A stretch of DNA of 63,273 nucleotides, counting the filler, from Octopus bimaculoides (taxonomy: Eukaryota): assembly GCF_001194135.2 (NCBI RefSeq). It is 9 parts of 8 records of this genome, joined end to end, with 100 filler letters (N's around TTAATTAATTAA, not from the genome) between each part and the next. Parts side by side here need not be neighbours in the genome. Positions count along the whole stretch, not along the records: positions 8,668 to 16,394 come from NC_068983.1; positions 16,495 to 22,822 come from NC_068998.1; positions 22,923 to 29,444 come from NC_068990.1; 6 more parts are not named here. One strand, 5' to 3'. Made by a program: the position numbers and the translations under genes. Under the pieces are notes generated by a model. The model had not been told where the DNA came from and did not search any database. It saw only the letters and a program-made list of their open reading frames with translations. Below, piece by piece: positions 11,665 through 23,200 of this stretch. How positions within the stretch are numbered: position 1 is the stretch's first letter; the number at the start of each line of letters is the position of its first letter.

Positions 11665-13785
11665 AGCCCACTGCCGGGCTATTTCGTACTTAAGAGTGTT
11701 GTATTTATCTATTTTTTCGCTTTCTTCCTGACTATTCGTGGGTGAAAGGGGCAAGCACATGTTGTGCATCAACTATATAGCACATGTGGTGCATCTTGTC
11801 GACCACCACTACGTCTCGGACCCCGCCACTCTCTGCAGTTTGTACTCATACCTCGTCTTGCCTCTCTCTAGCCCCCACTTTTCGCACACTTTCCAATGTA
11901 GCACATTCGCTACCTGATCGTATCACCACAACTTGTAGCGGTTTTAGGCAAGTCTAGGGCATTCGTTCGCGATATGGGCAATAGTTTCATCCACTCTATT
12001 ACAGATGCGACACTTGCTCATTCCTAAGGTTGGTACTCCAGTTCGTGGCCAAAGTTTGGTCTTGCGCTGTCATTATAATACTCTCGGTCTCTTCCTTTAG
12101 TGTTCCTTTCTTCAGCCAATCCCACCTATTTTGTCCAGTAACTTCTGTTGTTGTGGCTACATGAAATTTATTGTGTAATTCTTCTTTGGGTCCTTTTGTA
12201 TTTTTTCCTTTTTGATACCCCCTCCTTCCTAACTGACACTTGCAAGATTTTCTTACTTTGGGCTAGGTATCTCATTAAGCTCTCGAATTCGATACGTACG
12301 CAGACTTCCACACTTATCAGTCCCCTTCCTTCATTTGCTCTCTTCATGTATAGGCAATCAAGATTGTACGTAGATAATGGGCTCCATGTATCGTTATGAG
12401 CTTCCTTGACTTCCTGTCCATCTCCTTTAGTTCCTCTTCTGTCTACTTCAGGATTCCAGCGCCATGCCGAACTTCTGCGACTGCGCGCGAGTTTTTTGCC
12501 GGAATTACGTTTCTGTCATTCAGCTTTGAAACCAATATTTTTCGCACTCGCCGCAGCTACTTTCCTTTTTTCTTTTCCTTCATGTCGTTGTGTTTAATTT
12601 CATTTGCCTCAAGTTTTCCCAGGAATTTATAGCCGGATCGCGGTTGAATTGCCTTCATCATTTCGCCACTTGGCAATCATGTGCCTTCTGTCCCGACAAG
12701 CTTTCCTCGTCTCATTACCATCGTAGCACATTTTGAGAGCCCAAACTCCATCTTAATATCATTAGAGAAAATCTGCACAGACTAGACTAAGCTGTCCAGT
12801 TCCGCCTCAGTTTTTGTGAATAACTTCAAGTCATCCATGAATAGCAAGTGGTTCAGTATTCCCTTACCTTTTCCCAGATCATACCTCAACTTTGTTTTCT
12901 AACGTATTTCACTCAAAGGGATCATTCCCAGCACAAAGATCAGAGGGGACACACTGTTCCCATGGAAGATTCCTCTCTTTATTTTCACTTCTCCTAATAC
13001 TTGATTCCCTGCTGTCAATTCCGTTCTCCAATATTTCATACTGTTCCATATAAGGCTTCTATTGTTTTCTGCTACTCTATACATTTCCATTGTTCTTATT
13101 ATCCAGGAGTTTGGTATCATATTATATGCTTTACAATAGTCAACCCATGCCATGCCCAGGTTTGTGTGTCTTCTCTTGCAGTTCCTGATAATTAGATTAT
13201 CTATTAAGAGCTGATCCTTAGTTCCCCGGCTCCTCTTTCGGCACCCTTTCTGTTCAATAGGTGGCAGCCAACTTTTTTCTAAGTATCTATATAGTTCACC
13301 GGCCAAAGCACCTGATATTAGTCTCCACGTCAGCAGAAGGCACGTTATTGGTCTAAAGTTGGATTCAACTTTACCCTTTTCAGGATCCTTGGCACATAAC
13401 AATGTCTTTCCCTTTGTCATCCAGCTGGGTACTGCGCCTTACTGCATGCATTCATCTTGCTATTGCGCTATCCTTTTATGGAGTCTTCCCAGCTTCTGGT
13501 CCTGGGCTCTTCCAATTTGGGAATTTTCTTAACTGTTTTTTTTATCATTTCTGTAGTTATCTCCATGTCTTCTTGGACTTCTATATTACTTAACCTATCT
13601 TGGATTTCATGCAGCCACTCCGCTTCATCATTATGCTCAACAGGCTGGTCCCAGATCCCTCTCCAGAATGCCCTGCTTTCCTCTGTATCTAGTTTAATTG
13701 TTAATTCAACTGCTATTTCTAGCTGGTTGAGTAGTCGAGAAGAGATTCTCACTCTCTGGAGTGAGAAAAGGTGAGACAATACCTC
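11665..13785 (-). mobile_element. Dong/R4-clade LINE: RT domain, CCHC knuckle and start of REL endonuclease (pseudogenised, both ends truncated)
   Basis: FWRGIW...HN..AEWL; NFRPITCL; [19 protein letters not shown]; [13 protein letters not shown]; NHLLFMDDLKLF; MEFGLSKCA; AQDQ..CRIC...HIANEC; EKIDKYNTLKYEIARQW. Confidence 0.9.
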
Positions 13786-14029
13786 AAGCTTTTGTAGAAC
13801 GTATCAGACTGGTGAGATTAATAAAATCAATAAGATCAATGGCTAGTTTAAACCTTATAGGTCAATGTCTAGAAAATAAACCTGGTTGAAAGAAGAAAGA
13901 TAATTCCAGAAGCAGGATACATAAGATTTTCTGTCTCAGGAGCTAAAAAATTCGAAGACTTTATAATATTGATGCCTTTCCAAATAACTTTAAATGCGAA
14001 ACTTCAGCAATATAGCAACAACTAGAAAT

Positions 14030-14660
14030 GAGAACGAGAGAGTTGAAACGAGGACCAGGGAAACGAAACGAGAACCAGGGAAACGAAACCAGAACCAAAG
14101 AAACGAAACGAGATCCAGGGAAACAAAACGAGATCCAGGGAAACGAAGCGAAAACTACGGAAACAAAACGAGATCCAAGGAAACGAAACAAGAACCAGGG
14201 AAACGAAACGAGAACCAGGGAAACGAAACAAGAACCAGGGAAACGAAACGAGATCCAGGGAAACGAAGCGAAAACTACGGAAACAAAACGAGATCCAGGG
14301 AGACGAAACGAGATCCAGGGAAACGAAACGAGATTCAAGAAAACGCGGTGAAAACCAGGGAAACAAAGCGAAAACTATGGAAAGAAAACGAAATTCAGGG
14401 AAACGAAACTAGAACCAGGGAAACGAAACTAGAACCAGGGAAACGAAATACGATCCAGGAAAACGAAGCGAAAAATTAGGAAAACTAAACGAGATCCAGG
14501 TAAGTGAAACGAAAACCTGGATAATGAAATGGAATCCAGGAAAACAGTTCGGAAACCAAGGAAACGAAACGAGATGTAGGGAATGGAAACACGACCCAGA
14601 GAATCGAAATGAGGAACCTTGATTCGAAACAAGGACTCGAATGGAAACTAGGCCATGGAT
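14030..14660. repeat. 20-bp purine-rich minisatellite (GGGAAACGAAACGAGATCCA), about 30 units
   Basis: Tandem 20-bp units; a variant unit (…GAAGCGAAAACTA) recurs every 100-120 bp; copies degrade towards the 3' end. Confidence 0.95.
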
Positions 14661-15589
14661 TCAGCTGATTAGGAGCAGCTTTCATAAATGTTCTACGGCA
14701 TTTGCTTCTCCACAAAGATTTCTGTACAACGATACCTTCTGCCGCCTCACTCTTCGTCTCTACCACCCTTATGAAACCCTGGTGTCCCTTCCCCTTCCTG
14801 TGATCCTACAGATGACACGCACCAACGCACTGTTTATTTCTCATAATGATTTAGTCTTTCGTGTTTCGATTGATAAACCTTTTACACTGACTGAATGGCC
14901 GTTGCATTCACTCTTTGTTAAAGAGAAACCTACAGAAACGCTGGTTACACATTTGCACGCAACAGTAACTAGATTGTATAGTTAGAAATTAAGTCCGGAC
15001 GACTTTTTAATGAATGTCCAATAACTCGATAGAGAAACTCCTCCTACTACTACACCTCCTTCTGTTGAATTGATGTTTTGATCACACATTACACCTATAC
15101 CACACATAAATATACAAACTATGAAAAGAAAAAAGCCCCACAAAAAAATCCCATACATTATGTAGAACTATTTTTGTTTACTTCTCCCCTTCCAAATCTT
15201 GTGATATATTTTAATGTCACCCTCCCCTTCTCTTCATTCTCCCTTACTGTCGGCTTTCTTTCCCGTCTTCTATCTCTTTCTCAATCTCACACACTATCTA
15301 CCTGTTGCGTGCCAACAAGGGAAACTGTACCTGGTCGCTCAACTTACTAGAAATACAATGACGGCGACGTTAGTGTTTTGTAAACAGCCTTGGAAAGATT
15401 CGGCCAGAAAATTATAAAGACGGCCGGTTTTTATACAAATGATACGAGGTTTTATATAATAAATCAAATTCAAAATCACTCATCAACGTATTGCATAGCT
15501 ATAGCAGATAAAAAGAATGATATATAAAAGATGGCAATCCCTGTGACGAGTTTTATTAACACAAGTTATACAACGGCAATTCTCTAGTT

Positions 15590-15905
15590 CAGTGGTTGGG
15601 GAAGTTCTTCAACCAATTACCCCCAAATATATTTATTTATGCCGACGTTACCCCCTTGATTTGAAAGGAAGAAAATCATAGATTCTTTGAATTCAAAAGG
15701 TTTATTAAATCAATTTATATAGAAAATACAAGTATAAATATAAAAAGTATGAAACAAATGTGATAAAATAAATTAATATCATTATGAAAACAAAAAATTT
15801 TTCTAGAAACTTTATAATTTTACTTATATCTAATGCGTCTTAATTACCCCTAAGAATTTCATTTTACCCCACTTGGGGCCAATTACCCCGGTTGTCCGAC
15901 CCCTG
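15590..15905. mobile_element. Non-autonomous hAT-type element, 316 bp
   Basis: Ends CAGTGG… / …CCCCTG; perfect 8-bp TSD CTCTAGTT at 15582-15589 and 15906-15913; repeated TTACCCC internal motifs. Confidence 0.85.
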
Positions 15906-15953
15906 CTCTAGTTTTAGTGTTTTACCGCGAATCAAAGAACATTGGGAACTACA

Positions 15954-16182
15954 ACTTATTTCTTTACTGCCCACAAGGGGCTAAACATAGAGCGGACAAA
16001 CAATGGATTAAGTCGATTACATCGACCCCAGTGCATAACTGGTGCTTAATTTATCGACTCCGAAAGGATGAAAGGCAAAGTCGACCTCGGCGGAATTTGA
16101 ACTCAGAACGTAGCGGCAGACGAAATACCGATAAGCATTTCGCCTGGCGTGCTAACGATTCTGCCAGCTCGCCGTCTTATTA
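15954..16182 (-). mobile_element. Full-length tRNA-derived SINE (family A) with TSD
   Basis: A-box TGGCAGAATCG, B-box GAGTTCAAATTCC, AAAGAAATAA tail; 9-bp direct repeat GGAACTACA at 15945-15953 and 16183-16191. Confidence 0.9.
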
Positions 16183-16347
16183 GGAACTACATCTGCCGAC
16201 ATTAGGAAGTAACTCCGAGCCCCCAGAAACAACTGTCGGACTTGTAACACCATATCTTCTCCCCTTTAATTTTCTGTGTCTTTGTACTCTATAAAAGTTT
16301 GCTCTGTTGATATATAAATGTATATTCATCACCTGGAAATTTTCAGT

Positions 16348-16394
<47 letters not shown>

Positions 16395-16494
16395 NNNNNN
16401 NNNNNNNNNNNNNNNNNNNNNNNNNNNNNNNNNNNNNNTTAATTAATTAANNNNNNNNNNNNNNNNNNNNNNNNNNNNNNNNNNNNNNNNNNNN
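16395..16494. other. Artificial scaffold linker
   Basis: 44N-TTAATTAATTAA-44N. Confidence 0.95.
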
Positions 16495-16529
16495 GAGAGA
16501 GGGAGAGAGAGTGAGTGAGAGAGAGAGAG

Positions 16530-19062
16530 ACCCGGCGTTGCCCGGCTTAACGAAAATAATGAAATTTAAAAACGCCGTCTAGATTACGCAGGTCTCAACT
16601 GCTAGTAGCTGAGATACCAGCTTTCTACGTAACTCTGCAACTCATGCCAACATGGAACATAGACGCTAAATGAAATGTGAAAAGAAAGTTTTCAACTCAT
16701 ATATGTATATAAAGGAAATACACGTTTGTCTAACTTATTTCTTAACCAAAAAACAGGTACAGATTAGAAGCAATGAAAGACCATGCATAGAATACACACA
16801 CACACACANNNNNNNNNNNNNNNNNNNNNNNNNNNNNNNNNNNNNNNNNNNNNNNNNNNNNNNNNNNNNNNNNNNNNNNNNNNNNNNNNNNNNNNNNGCG
16901 AATATATCACGTTATTGTTTCACTTTTATACACACAGATATACATTCACGCATGTCAGTCAGAAAGTGAAAGTGTAATAGTAATACTTTAACACTCAATG
17001 GTTTTACACTTTTGTATATGTCATGTACATACTATTCATGTAAGTGCTTCTTCATATACTGTGTTTTCTGTCTTGCCATGTTTATCACTGAGAATGTAAA
17101 GGTTCTTTTCATCTCCAGCTCTAGAACATCCAACATACAGCTGACCACGTGAGAAGCAAGGTTGAAGGAGGTTAAGTCCCACCACCTTTAGAGATTGACC
17201 TTGTGCTTTGTTGATAGACATGGCAAAGCTAAGTTTGACAGGATACTGCAGTCTCCTGAACTGAAAGGGGAGATCATTTGAGATGATAGGTATCCTTGGA
17301 ATGAAGATATTCTCACCTATCGTGTCGCCACGATGGAGAAGATGTTTCTCAGCTGCATAGGAGACTTGCACATTTGTGCCTCTGTCAGAGTGACTTTCCA
17401 GTGTGTATCATCTTCCTGAAGACCTCTGAGATGGCAAGCCTGGCGATATGTTTGACATACAGTGTTATCAACCATACGTAAGGCTGTAAATGATGTGGGT
17501 CCCTTGACATGGTGTAATAGGAGCCTTAGATAGTAGCATTCTGAGTAGTTGGGATGGACAACATAGATTCTGCCAAGTGTGTCTGATTTCTTGATTCCCG
17601 GATGATGAGTGGGCGCTTCAAGTGCACATCTTTTCCATTTGTTTTGGTACCGGGTATAGACGTGTGGAACTTCATTGTATAGCAGTTTTGTAGCAAATTC
17701 ATCATTTTGACAGAGCTTGAAGAATGCTGTGAGTGTGGTATTTTTGGGAGCTTCCATTTGTAGTTGAACTGTGTCTGTTAGTGTGCTGTCTCTGAGGTGG
17801 AGGACAATGTCACGCTTGTCATGTTCTTGCCCAACCAGAAGCATAGCTATTTAATTTGCTGTTGGTACATTAAACCCCCCTCCATGTTGACCAGATGGTT
17901 TCTTGTCTGATCTGATAGCTACCTTGTAACCCAGGGAATCAGGTGAAATTTTTTCAAGTGCAGTCTTGAAGCTTCTGATCTGTTGATGTTATGCAGTATC
18001 TTTTGCAGAGACACTACAATGTTCATCCTGATGCCGGAAATGTTCTTTCACCTCACTTGCCCTTCTTGTAGAGAATCACCCATAAAATATATTTGAAGGA
18101 ATTTTGGTGATTCATTTGACAGAAGTAGTAGAGAGCCAATCCGATGATAAATCTGACCTTGGACCTTGAAAGTTTGCATGAATCCTGAAGGCTCCAAATG
18201 ATGTCATCTGTAGTGCAGCATTGCACCGTCTAATTTTGTTTTGGAAGTGCTTGGAATCTTGATCACTTGATGATGGAGTTGTAGGGAGTTTAACCTTTCC
18301 ACCACTGCAGCACAGTGCAGGTGTCTCTTCAGGCCATTTCCTTACTTTACAATGTATGCACTCAGTTGTCATTGAACCAATGGAAACTCTAGTGTCATCT
18401 GCATAATGAACTGCTGGATCATAATTGAAAGATGCTTCATAGAAGTTGCTTCTCTGAGCTGTTGCAACTGCTCTTTGTTCTGCAGTGGAGATCCTATTCT
18501 TTGTCAGCCGTTCATACCTCTGTTCATCACTTCGAGATGCTCTGACTTTTGTAGTACACAGTCTGTTCGTTTGTTGGCATACTTCTCTTTCTGCAGCTAT
18601 CTCCGTTTCCCTGGACAGAGACATTCTTTTGGCTGAACTTGATATTGTAGACAAATTGGCATAACTACAGATTTCTGCCCACCCGCCGCCGACTTTGGAT
18701 TATCATAACTTTCAGAAAAATGGATATTTTTAATGAAATTTTCTACGAATATGTGTTATATCATGAAGATTTCGAATATACAAAATTTTGTTTTAGGAGG
18801 GGATGGGGTGGGGGAATTTCTGAAAATTCGCCGGAGTCCACTTCAATTCGTTTTAACTTTCAAGAAAATAGATATTTCTTAATGAAATTTTCGACAAATA
18901 TACCTCGGACTATGTAGATTACGAGGACAAAGAAATTTTGGAGGAAAACAATTGGGGGTTATTTTTGAGAACTGTTCCCTATTCTAGTGTGTTTTGGAAC
19001 AAGTCGTCCATATTTGTTTCATTTTCTCCGTTTTGTGCGTTTGTGTATCCGTAGATTTCTAC
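16530..19062 (-). mobile_element. Helitron, internally deleted RepHel derivative (~2.5 kb)
   Basis: N-terminal Zn motif CIHC…CCSGGKV; RDIVLHLRD; TTLTAFF..LGRIY..YYLRLLLHHVKGPTSF; PIF1 C-terminus FIPRIP..FAMSINKAQGQS..GQLYVGCSR; 3' hairpin CCGGGCAACGCCGGG at 16531-16545. Confidence 0.92.
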
Positions 19063-19430
19063 CACACACGCACACAAAAATATTCAAACGGGACTTATTC
19101 AATTCAATATCATGTTTATTATAAAGATTATGCAAGAAATTATACTTTACACTTCTATATTTAACTGTGCGTGTATAATCCTTATTTTTGCTTCTGGTGT
19201 CTTCTGCCTTTCTATTAGAAACGTTTACCCGGGAATTTACTTAAAGTGAAAAAAAATTGTATGCAACAGATAAGGGATCTAGTTTTTTTTTTTTCAATGA
19301 GAAAGACTAGATCCCAGATAAGTCGTTTTAATAATATATTTCTGTGTAGCAGACCTTTAGATGTTATTTTTAGCATAATGAGTTTTCTGGTGAGGGCTTC
19401 ATTTGCCTTCATTGCCTGTTTGTTGCTTCA

Positions 19431-19860
19431 GTGGAAATCTACGGATGCACAAACGTACAAAACGGAGAAAATGAAACAAATATGGAGGTGTTCCGAAACA
19501 CCCCCGAGTGGGGAACAGTTCTCAGAAGTAACCCCCAATTGTCCCCCCCCCCCCNNNNNNNNNNNNNNNNNNNNNNNNNNNNNNNNNNNNNNNNNNNNNN
19601 NNNNNNNNNNNNNNNNNNNNAATTCCTATGTCCTCGGAATCTACAAGTTAAGACGAATTGAAGTGGACTCCAGTAAATTTTCAGAAATTCCCTACCCACT
19701 CCTAAAACACTTACCCCGCAAAAGTTTGTATATTCGAAATCTACATGATATAACACATATTCGTAGAAAAGTTTATTAAAAAATATCCATTTTTCTGAAA
19801 GTTATGATCATCCAAATTGGATGGGGGTGAGGACAGAAATTTTTAGTTATGACAAATTTG
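19431..19860 (+). mobile_element. Second copy of the Helitron 5' non-coding region, inverted relative to 18655-19062
   Basis: Collinear reverse-complement match (gaaatctacggat…ggagaaaatgaaacaaatatgga…catttttctgaaagttatgat…agttatg). Confidence 0.9.
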
Positions 19861-20162
19861 ACACTCTCCTTCTAGGCATGGTTATATATGTATACAGAAA
19901 TAAACGAGTGCAGATGATAGTAAACAATGAAAATAACTTGGTAACGGAAATTATGTTTCTTAATACGACGGGCAGAAAGTAAACAAGAAATTTTAACGGG
20001 AAATATTGTACGGTTTGAAGCGAAATTTGTCATTCAGTGAACCAAAGAGCCATTATCGAAGGAACTAGAAAGAAACTGACAACAACAGAAAAACACAAAA
20101 CCATCCGGATTGAAATGAAATTTAAGAAGATAGTTCTGTCAGTAAATTATGAAATTACTTAC

Positions 20163-20284
20163 ATCAGTAATTGTGAACTTCTTTCTGTCAGTAATTTGTC
20201 GTAGTTTGTTTGTAAGTAATGATTGAAAACTAAGTGAAAACAAAAACACGGAAGTATGAACACTGAGAGTGAAAAGAATAGCAT
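20163..20284 (-). other. Candidate 122-nt exon
   Basis: Flanked by tttcatttttcag and gtaagt; two frames open, one starting MLFFSLSVFILPCFCF. No family recognised. Confidence 0.25.
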
Positions 20285-20790
20285 CTGAAAAATGAAAGTG
20301 AAAACAAGAGATATAGATAGAGAGGTATGTTACAGAGTGATAAAGATAGAGAGAGAGAGAGATGGATAGAGAGATATACATAAAGAGATATGTTACGTCA
20401 CTGAAGCTAGAAACCCGGAATATTTTAAAAAACTTTCAAAGACGTGAATATAATATAAAAAGCATAAAAAAATCAAATGAACAGCCTTTTATTTGTTCGA
20501 GGTCAAATTATTCATGCATCACAAGTATGAAAGCAATTTGTGAAGCCGTTTTCGTGTGAAAAGTGAATACGCACCCATCTCTATTTTATATATTATTAGA
20601 TATGTATGTATGTATGTATGTGTGTATGTATGTATGTATGTATGTATGTATGTATGTATGTATGTATGTATGCATGTATGTATGTATGAATGTATGTATG
20701 TATGTGTGTGTGTGTGTATATATGTATGTTTGTATGCATGTATGTATGTATATTTATTTATATCTTTATATTGATATTAGATATATGACT

Positions 20791-21050
20791 TATCTTTTAC
20801 TTGTTACAATCATTAGACAGCGGCCATGCTGGGACTGCCTTCAGTATTTTAGTCGAACGAATCGATACTAGTGCTCTTTAAAAAGCCTATGTAGACTTAA
20901 TCTGTCGGGTTTTTTACGGAATTGCTAGGTTACGGGGACATAAACACACCAACTCCGATTGGCAAGCAATGGTGGAGGACAAGCACAAGGTTTTGGTCGG
21001 CCTGGGACTCTAGTAGATGACACACGCCCAAATTGTCATGCAACTACTTA
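20791..21050 (-). mobile_element. Degenerate SINE (tail C plus remnant of head D)
   Basis: Shares cttttacttgtt…catgctgg…gttacggggacataaacacacc with copies at 40879 and 44653. Confidence 0.75.
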
Positions 21051-21094
21051 CAAAGGCACGCCTGCATATTTCACACTTAATATATACATGCAAA

Positions 21095-21453
21095 AAGGCG
21101 GCGAGCTGGCAGTAACGTTAGCACGCCAAGCGAAATGCTTAGCGGTATTTTGTCTGTCTTTATGTTCTGAGTTCAAATTCCGCCGTGGTCGACTTTACCT
21201 TTCATCCTTTCGGGGTTGATTAAATAAGTACCAGTTACGCACTGGGGCGATATAATCGACTTAATCCGTTTGTCAGTCCTTGTTTGTCTCCTCTGTGTGT
21301 AGCCCCTTGTGGGCAGTAAAGAAATAAGAAACGTTAGCACGCTGGGCAAAATGCTTAGCGGTATTTTGTCTGTCTTTACGTTCTGAGTTCAAATTCCACC
21401 GAGGTCGACTTTGCCTTTCATCCTTTCGGAGTCGGTAAATTAAGTACCAGTTG
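21095..21453 (+). mobile_element. Tandem dimer of family-A SINE
   Basis: Complete copy 21095-21327 directly followed by a second copy lacking the first ~17 nt. Confidence 0.9.
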
Positions 21454-21520
21454 CATACGTACATACATACATACATACATATACTCATACATATGTATGT
21501 TTGTGTTTGCATATATCTTT

Positions 21521-21690
21521 TATCTTTTACTTGTTTCGGTCATTTGACTGCGGACATGCTGTGGTACCACCTTGAAAGGTTTTAGTCGAACAAACCGACC
21601 TCACCACGCACCAGGACTTATTACTGAAAGCCGAACCGCTAAATTACGGGCTCGTTAAATACACCAGCACCGGTTGCCAAGTAGTGGTGT
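21521..21690 (-). mobile_element. SINE tail C fragment
   Basis: cttttacttgtttcggtcatttgactgcgg…aaattacggg…acaccagcaccggttg. Confidence 0.75.
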
Positions 21691-22063
21691 TTGTGTGTGT
21701 GTGTGTGTGTATGCACACGAGTGAGTGAGAGAGACACAGAGAGAGAGAGAGAGAGCGGGAGAGAGTGGCCTACATCACAATGTTACTTTTGTAGACCATT
21801 GAAAGTTATAAACAGATAAAAAAAATTATGGCTTCAAGCAATAGTTTTGTTTATATCCCACAATTGGTCGATATGTCAATGTAGCTGCAAGAATCAATAC
21901 TTGACATTATAAATAGTACGTACGATATTAGACTTTTAGACGTTAAGAAATAATAATTTGTAACATTCTTCAAGATGGATATTGCAAATATACTCAACGA
22001 AGTAAATGACACAGCATTCCACAATTTTGTTCGATGGTACATAAACGCGCGCGCGCGCACTCA

Positions 22064-22102
<39 letters not shown>

Positions 22103-22822
22103 ACATACACACACTCACACGCACACACACACAAACACATACACATATATATCCACTAGCATTCCCGTATCGTCAAAAATGCCCACACTTTTATTAGTGA
22201 TAGAAAATGGTGCATGAAAACAATGGGTGAAAGTGCTGATAAAATGTCAGTAATGGAGTAAATATATGTATATACACAGAATTGAAGCACTTGAACAATC
22301 AGACACTGTTGTAAAGACTAGGGTGAAAATATTATGATCCACGTAACGTGTGTGTGTGTGAGTGTTTGTGTGTGTGTATGCATGTGATTTGAAAAAAGGC
22401 TAAAAGGTAATTTATTGTAATAGAATACCATTCTGTTAGTAAACATATTTTTTCTTACACACTCACGCGCGCACACGCACGCACACACACGCGCGCGTAT
22501 ATACACACTCACTCACACACACACACACATACACACACACACACACACAGACTCGCTTAATATGGGCAGGGGTTAAAGATTTGTTGATGCTGCTTAAATG
22601 TCAGCAATTGACCATCGCATCATCATTCCATGTAATCCGTTTATCGGGAGGGGGTGGATATTGGAAATCATCAATACATGACAGAATGATAAAGAAACGA
22701 GGAAGGGACCAGGTGGTCGTGAGATGTACTAGAAAGAACAGCTAAATTTCCCTTAAATCTGAAGAACATTTTGAAATTGTAAACAAATTGCAGATTCAGA
22801 CACTCCCGTAATTTAAAACTAT

Positions 22823-22922
22823 NNNNNNNNNNNNNNNNNNNNNNNNNNNNNNNNNNNNNNNNNNNNTTAATTAATTAANNNNNNNNNNNNNNNNNNNNNN
22901 NNNNNNNNNNNNNNNNNNNNNN
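22823..22922. other. Artificial scaffold linker
   Basis: 44N-TTAATTAATTAA-44N. Confidence 0.95.
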
Positions 22923-23078
22923 ATTTGCTGGATGCTCTCCATAGTCTTAGTTTCTATTTCTATTTCAGGGGTACTCTCTTGTGGGGGTGTCTTTACCACT
23001 AAGTTGATATCATCGACATATCGAGAGTACACATTCACGAGTATGGAGTTCTGTGTCAGGCGTTCCTTAAGCCTTCTG
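22923..23078 (-). mobile_element. Penelope-like RT fragment containing the YVDD catalytic motif
   Basis: RRLKERL…VNVYSRYVDDINLVV; the YxRYVDD context is typical of Penelope-like RTs. Confidence 0.65.
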
Positions 23079-23159
23079 TTGGCTAAACTGGCAATATGAC
23101 CATCCCCAAGTACAACAACATCTGTTTCAACACACGATTTCACATAAAAAATCTTGCAA

Positions 23160-23168
<9 letters not shown>
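23079..23168 (+). repeat. Dispersed ~90-bp repeat, second copy at 36261-36350
   Basis: ttggctaaactggcaa…tgaccatc…gtttcaacacac…atttcacat…aatcttgcaaaac is shared between two separate scaffolds. Confidence 0.85.

Positions 23169-23200
<32 letters not shown>

Noticed and set aside
13961-14632. Overlapping 100-160 aa ORFs on both strands (RETKRDPG… repeats)
   Set aside because: They arise from a 20-bp tandem unit nearly free of stop codons; the unit is not a multiple of 3 and all frames behave alike.
16195-16245. Hammerhead remnant (GAAAC-AACT-GTC)
   Set aside because: No CUGANGA box and no coherent stem II.
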